A stretch of DNA of 55,711 nucleotides, filler included, from Catajapyx aquilonaris (taxonomy: Eukaryota), in NCBI GenBank assembly GCA_000934665.2. It is 3 parts of 3 records of this genome, joined end to end, with 100 filler letters (N's around TTAATTAATTAA, not from the genome) between each part and the next. Parts side by side here need not be neighbours in the genome. Positions count along the whole stretch, not along the records: positions 1 to 18,489 come from JYFJ02006679.1; 2 more parts are not named here. One strand, given 5' to 3'. The notes below the pieces were generated by a model, which ran no database searches, was not told where the DNA came from, and worked only from the letters and a program-made list of their open reading frames with translations. Position numbers and translations under genes: made by a program. Below, one piece after another: positions 1 through 11,438 of the stretch (the stretch's first letter is position 1; every line of letters starts with the position of its first letter).

Positions 1-643
1 TACACACCTTATCTTTAACAGTCTCCTTAACATTACACCTCTGCAAAATCTCCTCATTCCTAATCCTATCGAACTTGGTAACCCCACAAACAGCCCGAAG
101 ATAACGCATCTCTGTAGCCAACACCCTACTCTTATGCCTATCTGACCAAACCCATGCCTCACTACCATACATAAGTGAAGGAACAATAACGTGAGAATAG
201 ACAGACAACCTACAGGCAGAAGATATGTCCTTATTTCTAGAAAACTTACTTGTGGCACCTATTACTTTCAACCCAGAACTAACTCTCCTGTCTATTTCCC
301 CATCAATTCTACCATTACTCTCAAGGACACTACCCAGGTATACAAACTGGCTGACCTGCTCAACCAGTTTTCCTCGTACCTGCAACGTACAAGGAGAAAC
401 CTACTGTCCTCTCTCAAATACCAATACCTTAGTCTTATCTACGTTAATCTCATGCCCCTCTTTTCACAAACATTATCTAACTTGCATAGGATCAACTGTA
501 ACTCAGCCTCACTCTCCGCCAGAAGGGCAGAATCATCTGCATACAGCAAGTGACTAACTAACTCATCACCAAACTGCACTCCTACACCTTCAACCATAGC
601 TTCCCTTACACATGCATCTAAGGACAAGTTAAATAACCAGGAC
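1..643 (-). mobile_element. Decayed, 5'-truncated non-LTR retrotransposon (RTE-like clade) reverse transcriptase fragment inside RSRC1 intron 2
   Basis: Minus-strand translation gives SWLFNLSLD...HLLYADDSALLAESE...GM, a 1-bp frameshift near 449, then INVDKTKV...(stop at 403-401)...QFVYLGS...LMYGSEAW...EMRYLRAVCGVTKFDRIRNEEI. The YADD motif and the YGSEAW/DRIRN thumb segment are typical of RTE-type LINEs. Runs off the window edge. Confidence 0.9.
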
Positions 644-650
644 CTAACTA

Positions 651-710
651 CTATTATAACCAAGTCTGCTATAACCGAGTATGCTATAACCTAGTCTGCT
701 ATAACCGACG
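651..710. repeat. Short tandem array of about 15-bp units (TGCTATAACCnAGT), probably the end of a small transposon
   Basis: ctattataaccaagt-ctgctataaccgagt-atgctataacctagt-ctgctataaccgacg directly abuts the 5'-truncated end of the LINE. Confidence 0.6.
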
Positions 711-925
711 CTTTTCTGTAACGCTCGAGTTTGCCTGCATGCCCCCTGATCCGATTTTAAAGACGTATCTATGCCTGCATGCCCCCGCCATTATAGTCGA
801 GAAAAGTGAAACAATGTAGGTTGAGCCCGCAAATGCTGCGGCTTATGTCCCTGATACAACCTAATGTAATTTTTTGGGGGAGAGGTTACCCCTTCCTATT
901 TACACGAGATTACCAAAGTACTTAC

Positions 926-2043
926 ACTTGGGTGGAACAACCCGTCAGGCTCGGTGGCTGCTACGATTTTCTCGGCCGATCTTGATTGCAATTCGGCTTG
1001 CGTGCTTAGCAGCCCTTCCTCCATGTCTACCTTCTCCTTCTTCACGGATCTTCCAGAGGAGAAACACTTGGGTGCAAAACTGTCATCGTTGATTTCATCT
1101 ATTGCTCTTGCCCTGTTAATTTGCTCCATCACTGACACCTCGTCCCTCTTCCTAGCTGGGCCGGCAAGTAGTCCTTGCTGCCTGAGCATTTCATCTGCAT
1201 TTTGTGCGGCTTGAATTGCCCGTTGCAATTTCTGCTTCAGCATGTCAGATGGATTCACCTCAATGCTTGACTCTTTCTTCTTTGATGACCGTTTTGACCC
1301 ATGTCCCTTACTAGACATGGGGCTCGGAGAGTGGGATGATGGCGGAGACTTTGATGAATGACCATGCTTTTTGTCTGGCCGCTTGTACTCTGTGATGAAC
1401 TCAACAGAACTGCTGCGTGATCGTTGAGACTTGGTACGATGGGATGACTTGGATGAGCGTTCCCTACTACTTTGCTTTGATTTGTGTGACCTCTTTTTGT
1501 GAGAGGACCGCTTCTTAGATGAGCTGTAACTCCCTGAACTGGAGTCTGAATCACTGAAAAGGTGTTTATAATATTAATAATGTAAAAGCCAATAACTCAT
1601 AATTTTAATGTTATAAGAATCCCTTGACACACAACGCGAATGTCACTAATTACTATTGTGAAGATTAAACGACAATTTCTAGAATTGGAATCCAGCGATA
1701 TTCCTGTCATATGGCGAGTGCCTAATTTCAAGGTGGGCTAAAGATCTTGTGGCGTACTTGGCCACTTATCTATTCATTACATGCAAACGCATGCAAAACA
1801 CAATTTAAAAAATTCAATATGAGATCAATTTGTGGCCAGGGCAATGCAACTGTGGGCTACTTTGAGAACCAATGTTTTCGGCTAACTACAGTGCAATGGC
1901 ATGCTGTATTTTCCGTTCTATCAAGTGTAGTTCAAAATGGTGTAATGCACGAACCTGGACTTATCCCGGCCTTTCCTCCGCCTCCTCCGTTCCCTTCCGC
2001 TGTCGCTATCGGAGTAATCGTCCGAATCCGAACGTCGTCCCAT
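926..2043 (-). CDS. RSRC1: Serine/arginine-related protein 53 (RSRC1-like), 3'-partial; final exon lies outside the window
   Basis: Exon 1 is 2043-1955 (MGRRSDSDDYSDSDSGRERRRRRKGRDKS, AG|GT phase 2). Exon 2 is 1553-926 (ttttcag acceptor, GTAAGT donor, phase 0). An RS/K-rich N-half is followed by KQKLQRAIQAAQNADEML...SVMEQINRARAIDEINDDSF...DGLFHPS. This parallels vertebrate RSRC1 as I recall it (MGRRS start; KARLQLVLEAAAKADEAL; LVEQVKRVKEIEAIESDSF; SLAHPNLF). Confidence 0.85.
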
Positions 2044-2800
2044 AACTTTTCCTATCAGAACACCTGCCCTTCGAAACGCCAGAAAATCCCTGCCTGCAGC
2101 TCAGAACGGCATCAAAACGCAGAATATGTGGGCGCCGCCATCTTTCGATCTTTGCCCCACACTGTTGCCAGTCGCACCCAGCAGTTGTAGCACATTACCC
2201 TGATATTACTAATTAATTTAAACATCCCATCTGTGTTAAAATACGTAACTTAACATAACACCACAACTATTAATCAAAACTGCAGGCTGGATGGACATAT
2301 TCTGGAGATCTTTGTGTGATTGAAAACTGACCAATAGCAGCCTGAGCGCGCACATTGCACCGTGTAAATTCACAAGCAATCGCAATGTTCTAAACGCTAT
2401 TTTACGTAGCAGTGTCCATGGCGTCTTCCACTTTTCTGATGGTTAGTGTACAGCGGGTGTACAGTGTTCCTATGTTGACAAGGTACTTTGAACCAGTTGC
2501 ATAGCACAAATTAGTGCGATTGTGACATTCATACCCGTCCCCGTGGTCCATCGTGGTCATACCGTGCCCTAGCAGCTATTAGTTTGATAAAAAGCGGCTA
2601 TTTTCATTCCGCCCCTCCTCCTCCCCCTCCCCCTCTCCACCACCACAACCCATCCATCCCCCATGAACATGACGTCACCCGGATAGAGTGCGTGTGCGTC
2701 TGCGTGCGGGAGGGTGATCGGCTGCTCGCTCTCTCCGTTGATCCGTCTGCGTTCACGGCGCTTCGGGAGGGGGGTGCTGCCGGCGGGGACATATAATGGG
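2044..2800. promoter_or_regulatory. Probable bidirectional promoter between RSRC1 (-) and dock (+)
   Basis: The divergent start codons are about 1.07 kb apart (2043 and 3113). The region has a YY1-type GCCGCCATCTT near 2134-2144, a CRE palindrome TGACGTCA at 2670-2677, and CpG/GC-rich flanks on both sides. Confidence 0.6.
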
Positions 2801-3112
2801 GGTGGAGCAGGAGCAGACACCGGCGGCGGGTCACCAGCAACTGCCGACGACGCCCCAACCCGGCAGTACAGACGTATAAAAATCCCGCATTGGAAGAGAG
2901 GGGGGACTGTGTTCCCTGTAGTTCCAAGGCAACCCCCATTCATTCGGATTCTCGAAGGGGTTTGGGGGGTTGTGGGGGGGTCGTTGGAGGCCGCGCCCCA
3001 CCCAAACACACGCACACGGACAACAAAACATTGTTCGGAGGAAGTGTGTGTGTTTTTTTTGTATCCCAGGGTGTGACTTATAGCCGACCAGCTGGAGCCT
3101 CCGGTCCTCATC

Positions 3113-6100
3113 ATGTCCAGCCTTAAACTGGGTAAGTGGATAGCCGGCGGGCGGGCGGGGACAGTCCTAGAAGATGAATGTAGCAGACACATCTGGGTAG
3201 TGTGTGTGGTCCGGAGGATGAGTAATTGGGGGAGGAGAGGGACACACTGGTTTTTTGGGGTCATGGCCCTGAGTCACTCGGACCGTGGGGCAATGGGTCG
3301 AAGGGGATGTGTGTCAGCATAATGGGCAGAATACAAAGGTTGGAAGGCCATTGCACTGTTACTGGTGGCACAGGGTGAAGCCGTCGACTGTGAGAATCCT
3401 CATAATGTCAGTCAGAAAACAATCACCGGTTTGATTAGGAAGAACCCAAAGCAACTATGACCATCTGGCTATAAAAAGACACAAAGATAAAACGGCTAGT
3501 ACAACACAAAGATAAAGCAGAATCCAGTGGCGTATGATTCAACCTCCAGTAGACTCATGGAATAAAAAGTCAGTCGCAAAATTGAACAATTTGTCAAATG
3601 ATGTTCACTTAAAAATAAGCCGTTAATGAGAGTCATATATCTGGTTACAACTCGACAGCTGAGCCACTTATCAAGAGGTGTTGAAATAGTGTGCGCACAT
3701 GGGAGAAGGAAGTAATTTGATTGCACTAGACCACTACAGGGAAGTGTGTATTGTGTCACGAAGCTCCAAACCATTTCCATGCTATCAATTTTCTACACTC
3801 TGACTAATCAATGCGATAAGAGGTGGGAACTGTTCTTTCCTGATGAGGGATGTTTAAAAGGCAGCGTTCTTTTCTGAGAATCTCGCTGCATAATGTCGGG
3901 TAAGGTGTCAGAACTGATGTTGGAGGCCACGTAAGGTGTAGTCACCCTCTGCAGTTTCATTGGGATGTTTATTGCTAATGTTGGAGGCTTTTCAACCCAG
4001 ACGTAGTGTGCTGAAGTCTAGAAGGAAAACTGGGCAGGATGTCGATTGCTGAAGTGCCATATGATTTTATTTTTAATTATCTACATTCTACACAATGCCG
4101 CTTGTCATTTTTGTTGGAATATGTACTAAAAGTGGCCCAATGTGTTGCCCCACCTGCAGGCAAGTCAAACACGGAGGAGGTGTGCTATGTGGTGGCGAAG
4201 TATGACTACCAAGCACAAGGCGCACAAGAATTAGATCTGAAGAAGAATGAGCGCTATCTCCTCCTTGATGACTCAAAGCATTGGTGGAGGGTTCAGAATG
4301 CCAGGAACCAAGCTGGTTACGTACCCAGTAATTATGTCAAGAGAGAAAAGCCTTCCATCTTTGACAGGTAAGGTATTACGATGTTGGCTGCAAGTGCAGT
4401 AAAACTTGGTTTATTTTAAATTTGAATGGAATGGAAAATTACGATGGTGTTTATTGTTATGCAATAATATTGTATTACAGACCTTATAAGTTTCAGTTTA
4501 TGACTTGTGGTCTAGGATTAATTTACTAAAAGGGTGCTAATTTCTTTCCCAGAAAACATGCTTAGCAAATTAGGTAAGACATGCATGGTCATATTACGTA
4601 TGCCTTGTAATAAATGGGCTGATAGAAATAGTTTGTTTCTTTTCAACAACTCATCTGTCAAGTGCAGTTTCATATCCTGTTTATGTGACATAAATTGAAA
4701 GCAAGAAATAAATGCCAGTGTTTAAAAGAGCAAGTGAGAATTCGAACCTTTTAAATTTAAATTTCTTGAATGAACCAAGTTTTGCTGCACAGAAACAGTC
4801 TGGTAAGTAAATTTAACCTGAGCGTGTTCATCACACTCAGGTTAAGTTGTTATGCAAATTTCAGTAGAGTTTTTGCTTCCACCTCTTGAGACCCGATGGC
4901 AAGCCCGTGACAAAAATTAATCTTGGCCTGTTGCATAGCATTGGATGTAGGGCTACATAAGGACACGTTGAAAGCAAAGAATGAAAGGTGGATTTCTCTG
5001 GTTAAAAGTTTTCCAAAAAGGGGGTCTCCTTTTGGGTTTAGGGACAGTCGGTTTCCAAAAATGGTTGCTGCTTGACGTGTTAATTTTTTGGGATAACAAA
5101 CTTTTGGCAAATTTTGCAGAATTTTACCTTTTTTACTTTCTTATTTGGTTGATTATTTCTATTATTGAATGAAGAGGGGGAAGAGGAAGTTTATGCATAT
5201 TTTATTTCAAGTTTTATTTTTATTTCCACTCAAAATTCCATGGTTTAGTGGCTGTGCCATTTGGTTTCTGGTTGGTTGGTTAATTGGTTGTGGTTTGTTA
5301 TGGTTTATTTAGTTTTATTTTGGTTGAATTTGGGCCAAGTTTTGAACTCTTACATGATCATAATTGTACATTACGTGCGATTACAATTATAAAACGTTTA
5401 AAATATTGTAGCAGGTCACACTTAGCAAAACACAATTGGTGAAATTCATGACCATGAGACAAATTTTAAAAAGTGTACTGAATGATGTTTTTCCCCTTGA
5501 CATGTGACATAAGTAAAGGCTTCACGTGTAATTGCTATCATTCTACAAACTGCACTTTGCACTTGCCATATGCATGAAGCCAGTGAGGAATAAGTCCTGT
5601 GAGAAACAGTTAAAAACAACACTCACTGTCACCAGTTTCTGGAATTTGGTAATGTCTAATTTTTCATATAGATTTTCTGTGTCACTGCATGTAAGGAGGT
5701 GGACTGAATGAAGTTGTTCAGGATGGATTGGCACATTATGGTCATTATTCGGAATTTGCAAATATTACTGAAAGCATTATTTTATGGACCGAAGAATGTG
5801 TCGCAGTGTAAGGATGAATGGCTGATGGAAGGGATTCTATATAGTTACTAGTTTTTTTGGCCTCTACCATTGTGCTGCCAAATTGGCATTTCCAATATAA
5901 AATGAACCAGGATTTGTGCAGCTGGACTTTGCAGTGTATGCAGACATAATTTTGCACTTCTACCACTTTGTTACTGAGTAATTTAATTAATTTTCTTCAC
6001 TTTGGTTGACTGATCATTTGTAAATTAAAAACATAAGGTCCCTACCCCGACCAGATTTAGATCCATTACAACTGGGACAGCTGTGGTGTATCTGAAAACT

Positions 6101-9100
6101 TTTTCATCTGACGGAGGCAAGTAATTTACCTATGCACACAACATTCGACAGTAAAACCTGGGAAGGGTTTGTGGAAAGGGAAACTGTGAGATGAGAGTGG
6201 CAGCATGTCAACACATCAGCATCAAATGTTTTTTAGTGAAGTTCATGCTTTACGAGATACTGTAAGAATATTGTCCAGGATGTCCCATGTTGGTATTTCT
6301 CATTTATTCACAAGTCTAGTAGTAGCATATGATAGTGACTTTGGGATGTGAATTTGGTCTGTCATTTTTTTTTTAAATTCAATGTTGCATTTTTTTTTGC
6401 GTATTATTAATTACAACCAAAGCCTTGGACATTTTGGATTCACAATACACATGGGTACCTGAATTGCCAATTTTTCTTGGGAGTCCTTAAAACCTGGATG
6501 TTTTAAACTCCTGACCATCTTGATGCTGATATTCAACCTCTATGTTCAAGGTGTTTTTTAATACAATTAAACACACTTCACTAGAACATCATCAAAATGT
6601 GCTAGTTCATTCAGTGTTTCTTCGTCTGCCTTTGCATGCTTAGTCTTTGATTCCGATTGAACACTGTTGTAGCCACCTTAATGAGCACATCGGTGAAATG
6701 CAGGATTTCAAACTTGGCCCATAGATTTACATGATGGTGGATAAAAAGGTTTCTTGGACATTTTGTGAGAACTACTGCATTGAAAACTTATTGAAATTGA
6801 AAGACACTGTTCACTCAAATCCTTACTCTGATTTTTAAAACATTAACACAAGACTGAAAGTGGTTGGTAGGTGATTTATGTTTCCAGACTTCCAAACCAA
6901 TGGATTTATGCTATATTTTTATCAATACAATATATGTTATGGATCATGGAAGAATTCTAGAAAACGTATATACCAGACAACCCCTTTAAAACAACTACAG
7001 CATTAGAACAGTCAATCTCAGTAGCGACATTTACACAGCACCTGAGAAATCACACTTGTTCTAGTGGACTGGTAGGTAAGAGTTTGAGTTTTGAGGGTGC
7101 TGTGCAAATGACCCCATGGTCAGGTCCTGGCAGTTCCGGCTGAAATCTGACCATTCTGACAACTGGTTTTCTGTAGCTTCCCAAATAGCTTTTTTTCTCA
7201 TAAGCCTGGGCAGGCCATTTTTTTCCTTCCCTATCATACTTCATGTCCTTAGTTGCCTCGACTGACCATAATACATCAAACACTCCCTCATCCTTTCTAA
7301 ATGGGAAGGGTTAATTACTTTGTCTTCATTTCATACCTCACGTCAGTAGCACATTAATGTGTTCTTGATAGTTTGGCAGTGATAAGGCTCTTAAGGCAGG
7401 GAACTCACATGGAAACAGCATGAATGTGTCTCAGCTTTCAAGTGAGATGTAGTTTATGTATTGTTTGAGGTGTATATAAGTGTAATTGGTTTTGTTTAAA
7501 AAATTCGTGGTCTGGCTGCTGGAGGGCTGCACGAGTGTTTTGCTTTACCACTAATATGGGCACCCCTGGAGGTCAATATAGGATGCATATGAATACACTC
7601 AAGGACTGCATGCCAAAAATGGAGGCTGGATGACTAATAGTTTGGCTTCAACTGCTGATTAAATGTGATGGTAGATATTGGGTGACTCTCAATGAAATCG
7701 TGGATTTTTCTGAACAGAGAGATGGTGTCAAGTTCTCTCAAGCATGCTTTTTTGTTATTCAGTCTCATTTCATTCATTAGAAATGGGTACTGTAACCTCC
7801 CTATGAGTCAACCAGGAGGTGGTTGAAAATCTTCCCAAGCAGGTGAGGGTCACTTCTTGTGTAAACCATACCGTTAGTATGCACTGGCAATTTTAATTGA
7901 AGGATGAAAGGCCCTCCTCTATAATAGTGTGAAGAAGGTTGGGGAGTGATTGTTTCTACCTACACCCCCATTTCCATTTCACTGCATCGTGACGTTTCAA
8001 ACTAATCTTGGATGCATGCCTAAACTGTGCTTGTTTAGTTTTCATACTCATTCCTCTTTGATACATTCCCATTCTATGGCCATTTCAATATAAATCCTAT
8101 GCATTCCTATTTTCATTCATCATTCCCAAGTTGTTGTAAAGAAATGTGCATTCTTCCTTTTCTATTTTCTAATTCATTCCATGACTGAAGTTTTTGAATA
8201 ACCAAGCCTAGAACATACTATGTATTACACTCGATCTATTTTGCACAGCACCACTGGCTTTGTTGTGCATAAGAATGTATATCCTCAGCCAATATTAATA
8301 TACAAGTACTATTTTGGCTGTGATTGATTCTACTGCTTGTATTCATACACCCATTTCACCACAGTTCGGCCGAAATGACCTTACAAAACTTTATCCAGTG
8401 ATATCCCCCCCCCCATGCCCAATATGCCGCAGTACACGTAGACTTTTCTTCAGTGTTGACATTTCCTGATTTGCAGTAGTTCTCACTAGGAAACCTTTTT
8501 GATCTTTCTTCACTTGTACAGTCTGAGTTGCACCTTTTTAATAAACCCTATGGTGGTTGATGAGAGAGATTGAGAGAAAGAGAGAGAGAGAGAATTGTCG
8601 TGGAGCAGCAATCACAACGGAGGCCCACTTTCGTCCCCCCTTCCCCACCCTCCAACCTGTCCATGTTCCACTGAACCACCCCCACCTGACAGTATAAAGA
8701 AGAAGGTGAAGAAAGGGTCTGGCTCCAAAACGCTCCCGTCAACCAACTCTCCCTCAAGGGCGGGTACGTTAGGGGTGCGTGGAGGAGCTGACAGGGACAA
8801 CAATGGAGGGGCAGACTCTCCCGGACCCCAGCGGCGTCTACCAGTGGACCCTTCAGAGGCACTGGGCACTGCCATAGTCAAGTACAACTACCAGGCACAG
8901 CAGCTGGATGAACTCTCACTGGTTAAAGGCACCCGAATCCTCATCCTGGAGAAGAGCAATGATGGCTGGTGGCGGGGGCAATATGGGGCATCTGTGGGGT
9001 GGTTTCCATCCAACTACACTCATGAGGAGGCAGAAGATGAGACAGTCCATACGTATGCAGTGGCCGAGAACGTACTGGACATCATGATAGCCATGTACAC

Positions 9101-10752
9101 GTTCCAGGCGCAAGGGGAGCAAGAGATGAGCTTCGAGAAGGGGGACCGCCTGGAGATTCTTGAAAGGCCGGTGTCTGACCCTGAGTGGCTGAGAGCGAGG
9201 AGCTCTGCAGGGCAGATTGGGCTGGTACCTAGAAACTACCTGCAGGAAATGGGTGGGGAGGTGGTGGGCGGTGTTGGGGTAGGGCCCGATGCACCAGCCC
9301 ATGCATGTGACATGGTCACAGGAATGCAAGGGATGCAGATAGGTGGATCTGGAACTTTACCCCCTCCTCCACTGCCAGGCGAGAGGGTGCATCTGAATGG
9401 GAAGAACTGGTATTATGGGAGCATCACCCGAGCCCAGTGTGACACCCTGCTCAATGATAAGGGTCATGATGGAGACTTCCTCATCAGGGACAGTGAGACT
9501 AATGTAAGTAATTCCTTGGAGGGAATGGATCTTTCAGGTGGAGTGATGTGTAAGTAAGAGGAGATGTTTTTCCGTAGCAATGACAAGAAGACTTTAAGAC
9601 TCAGCTTCTATGAAGATGTCAGCTTCTGTTTATTGTGATATTGTTTGGTGTCAAGGATGATGATTGTTATTAAATGCTGCATTGCCAGCAATGAATGACG
9701 ACGATCTACCAATTTATTCTGCATTTACCTCTTATCACATTGCCTGAGCTTATACGCAGCCCATGTGGGCAATTGTAGGGATATGTTCATACATGGAAAA
9801 TGCCTTCTGTTGTTCAACAGACATAATTACTTTATACAGTACTTTAAGGATTACTTGACAAATTCATGAACAAAATGACAAATATTCTAATTAGCTCATT
9901 GTGAAATAATGGATTACTAGATCGTCTTTAAATAATATGTCAGTTTAAAAAGTGCGTGGGCCATCAGCCAACATTTGAGAATAAATGGGAATTTAAATCT
10001 CAATCAGAACTGTCTTGAGTTCTTTCCAATACATTTATGAATCGATAAATGAAAGGTAGAGGATCTGTTTCTTGAAACAGCACATGAGGATAATTTTTCA
10101 CATTACTACATACGCTTTGGTATTGCGGCTTCCATTCTTAACAATCTTATGCACAATATTGAAGCCTGAACTGTTGAATAGGGTGATAATTTATCAATAC
10201 TGACTCACTCATGTGGTTTATTTTTGGAATCCATTGTGAGGAAAACGTTGACGCACAACACAGGATGTGGCCAGTGGGATTTTGTCACTATTCTTAGGGC
10301 CGGTTGCATCAAGCGCCATATATGATAAACCCGTGGTTCTTTCGGAAAAGGCATACAAATTTGTATGGATTTTCCGAAAGAACCACAGGTTTATCATATA
10401 CTATGGTCGTGCAACCGGACCTTAGCCACATTAATGAGTCATGGGTATGCTTTACTAAACTATGAATATATTATATGAATTATTCACATTGGTAATTAGA
10501 AAAGCTGATATGTAATGATTTTCCCCCCTTGATATACAGCTGGGCGACTACTCAGTGTCCCTGAAGGCCCCTGGCCGCAACAAGCACTTCCGAGTTCATG
10601 TGGAGGGGGCCCTGTACTGCATAGGTCAGCGCAAGTTCCATACCCTAGAACAGCTGGTGGACCACTACCAAAGGGCACCCATTTACACCAATCAGCGTGG
10701 AGAGAAGTTATACCTGGTCAGGCCACTTCCCAGGCCTTCAGCACCATGCTAA
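3113..10752 (+). CDS. dock: Nck/Dreadlocks SH3-SH3-SH3-SH2 adaptor protein, 416 aa, 4 coding exons
   Basis: Exons 3113-3131 (MSSLKLG|gtaagt), 4160-4367 (SH3-1: VVAKYDY...WWRVQN...GYVPSNYV), 8693-9503 ([18 protein letters not shown]3-2, SH3-3, SH2 start WYYG...GDFLIRDSE) and 10540-10752 (LGDYSVSLK...KLYLVRPLP*). All introns are GT-AG, phases 1/2/0 are consistent, and the CDS is 1251 nt. Nearly collinear with Drosophila Dock as I recall it. Confidence 0.96.
10297..10421. mobile_element. Foldback MITE of PIF/Harbinger type in dock intron 3
   Basis: TTA target duplication at 10294-10296 and 10422-10424. TIR GGGCCGGTTGCA...TGCAACCGGACC. The interior is almost fully palindromic (atatgataaacc.gtggttctttcggaaaa / ttttccgaaagaaccac.ggtttatcatat). 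Confidence 0.8.
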
Positions 10753-11438
10753 GATTAAATCAATCCAATTAATTAGTGTAGAGTGTTCTCACAAGAAAGA
10801 AAAAAAAAAAATTGGTAGACCTCGCTCTCAAACCCAAGGCGAGTCTGAGTGTGAATGGTTGAGCGAGTGTGAGAATGAGTGTGCAAATGAGAATGACATG
10901 TTTATATATTGCAACCTATCCTGACCCATCCTGAATTTTGCCATCCATTTCAAAACAGAGGACATCTTTTTGTTGTTCCTCTGATGCCATCGCCGCTTTC
11001 ATTGGACGGAGCTTTTTTTAACGTATGGACACTCATTGTATTTGTGATATATGTTACCCCCTCCCCCTTGTGTGTTAGCTCATTCCCCTCCCAATACCCC
11101 CCTCCAAAAAACAAATGACCATCACTTTTTATGCCCAGCCCATTGCCCCCCTAGTCCTTTTTGTTTTGTTCCACAGTTGTAAGGAAAATAATTCTGTGCA
11201 GCTCTGTGCATATATTGTCTTAACTCAATGTCTACTATCTATTTATTGGCGGATGCGTCTGCCCTGTGCGTTCCTTCTTGTAAGCCAAGCGAATAAAGGG
11301 CGGCCCTCCTGGGTTGGCTTCTTCGCTGAAGCAGAATTATGCCTAGCTGTCAACCTCATCTCTCCCTACGCCGTTCTTCCCTCTGAAATATTTCAGTGAC
11401 ATGTTAGATTAGCCCAACGCATATAAGTAGATCACTCT

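Noticed and set aside
2569..3322. Several long overlapping ORFs in the dock 5' region
   Set aside because: GC-rich promoter/UTR sequence with low-complexity translations and no recognisable domain.
8595..8692. In-frame extension upstream of dock exon 3 in the ORF track
   Set aside because: It starts at TTG with no in-frame ATG and is the pyrimidine-rich intron end before the 8692 acceptor.
9650..9752. C/D-box snoRNA-like ATGATGA...CTGA in dock intron 3
   Set aside because: The terminal stem is weak and I cannot match a guide sequence to rRNA; such short boxes occur by chance.
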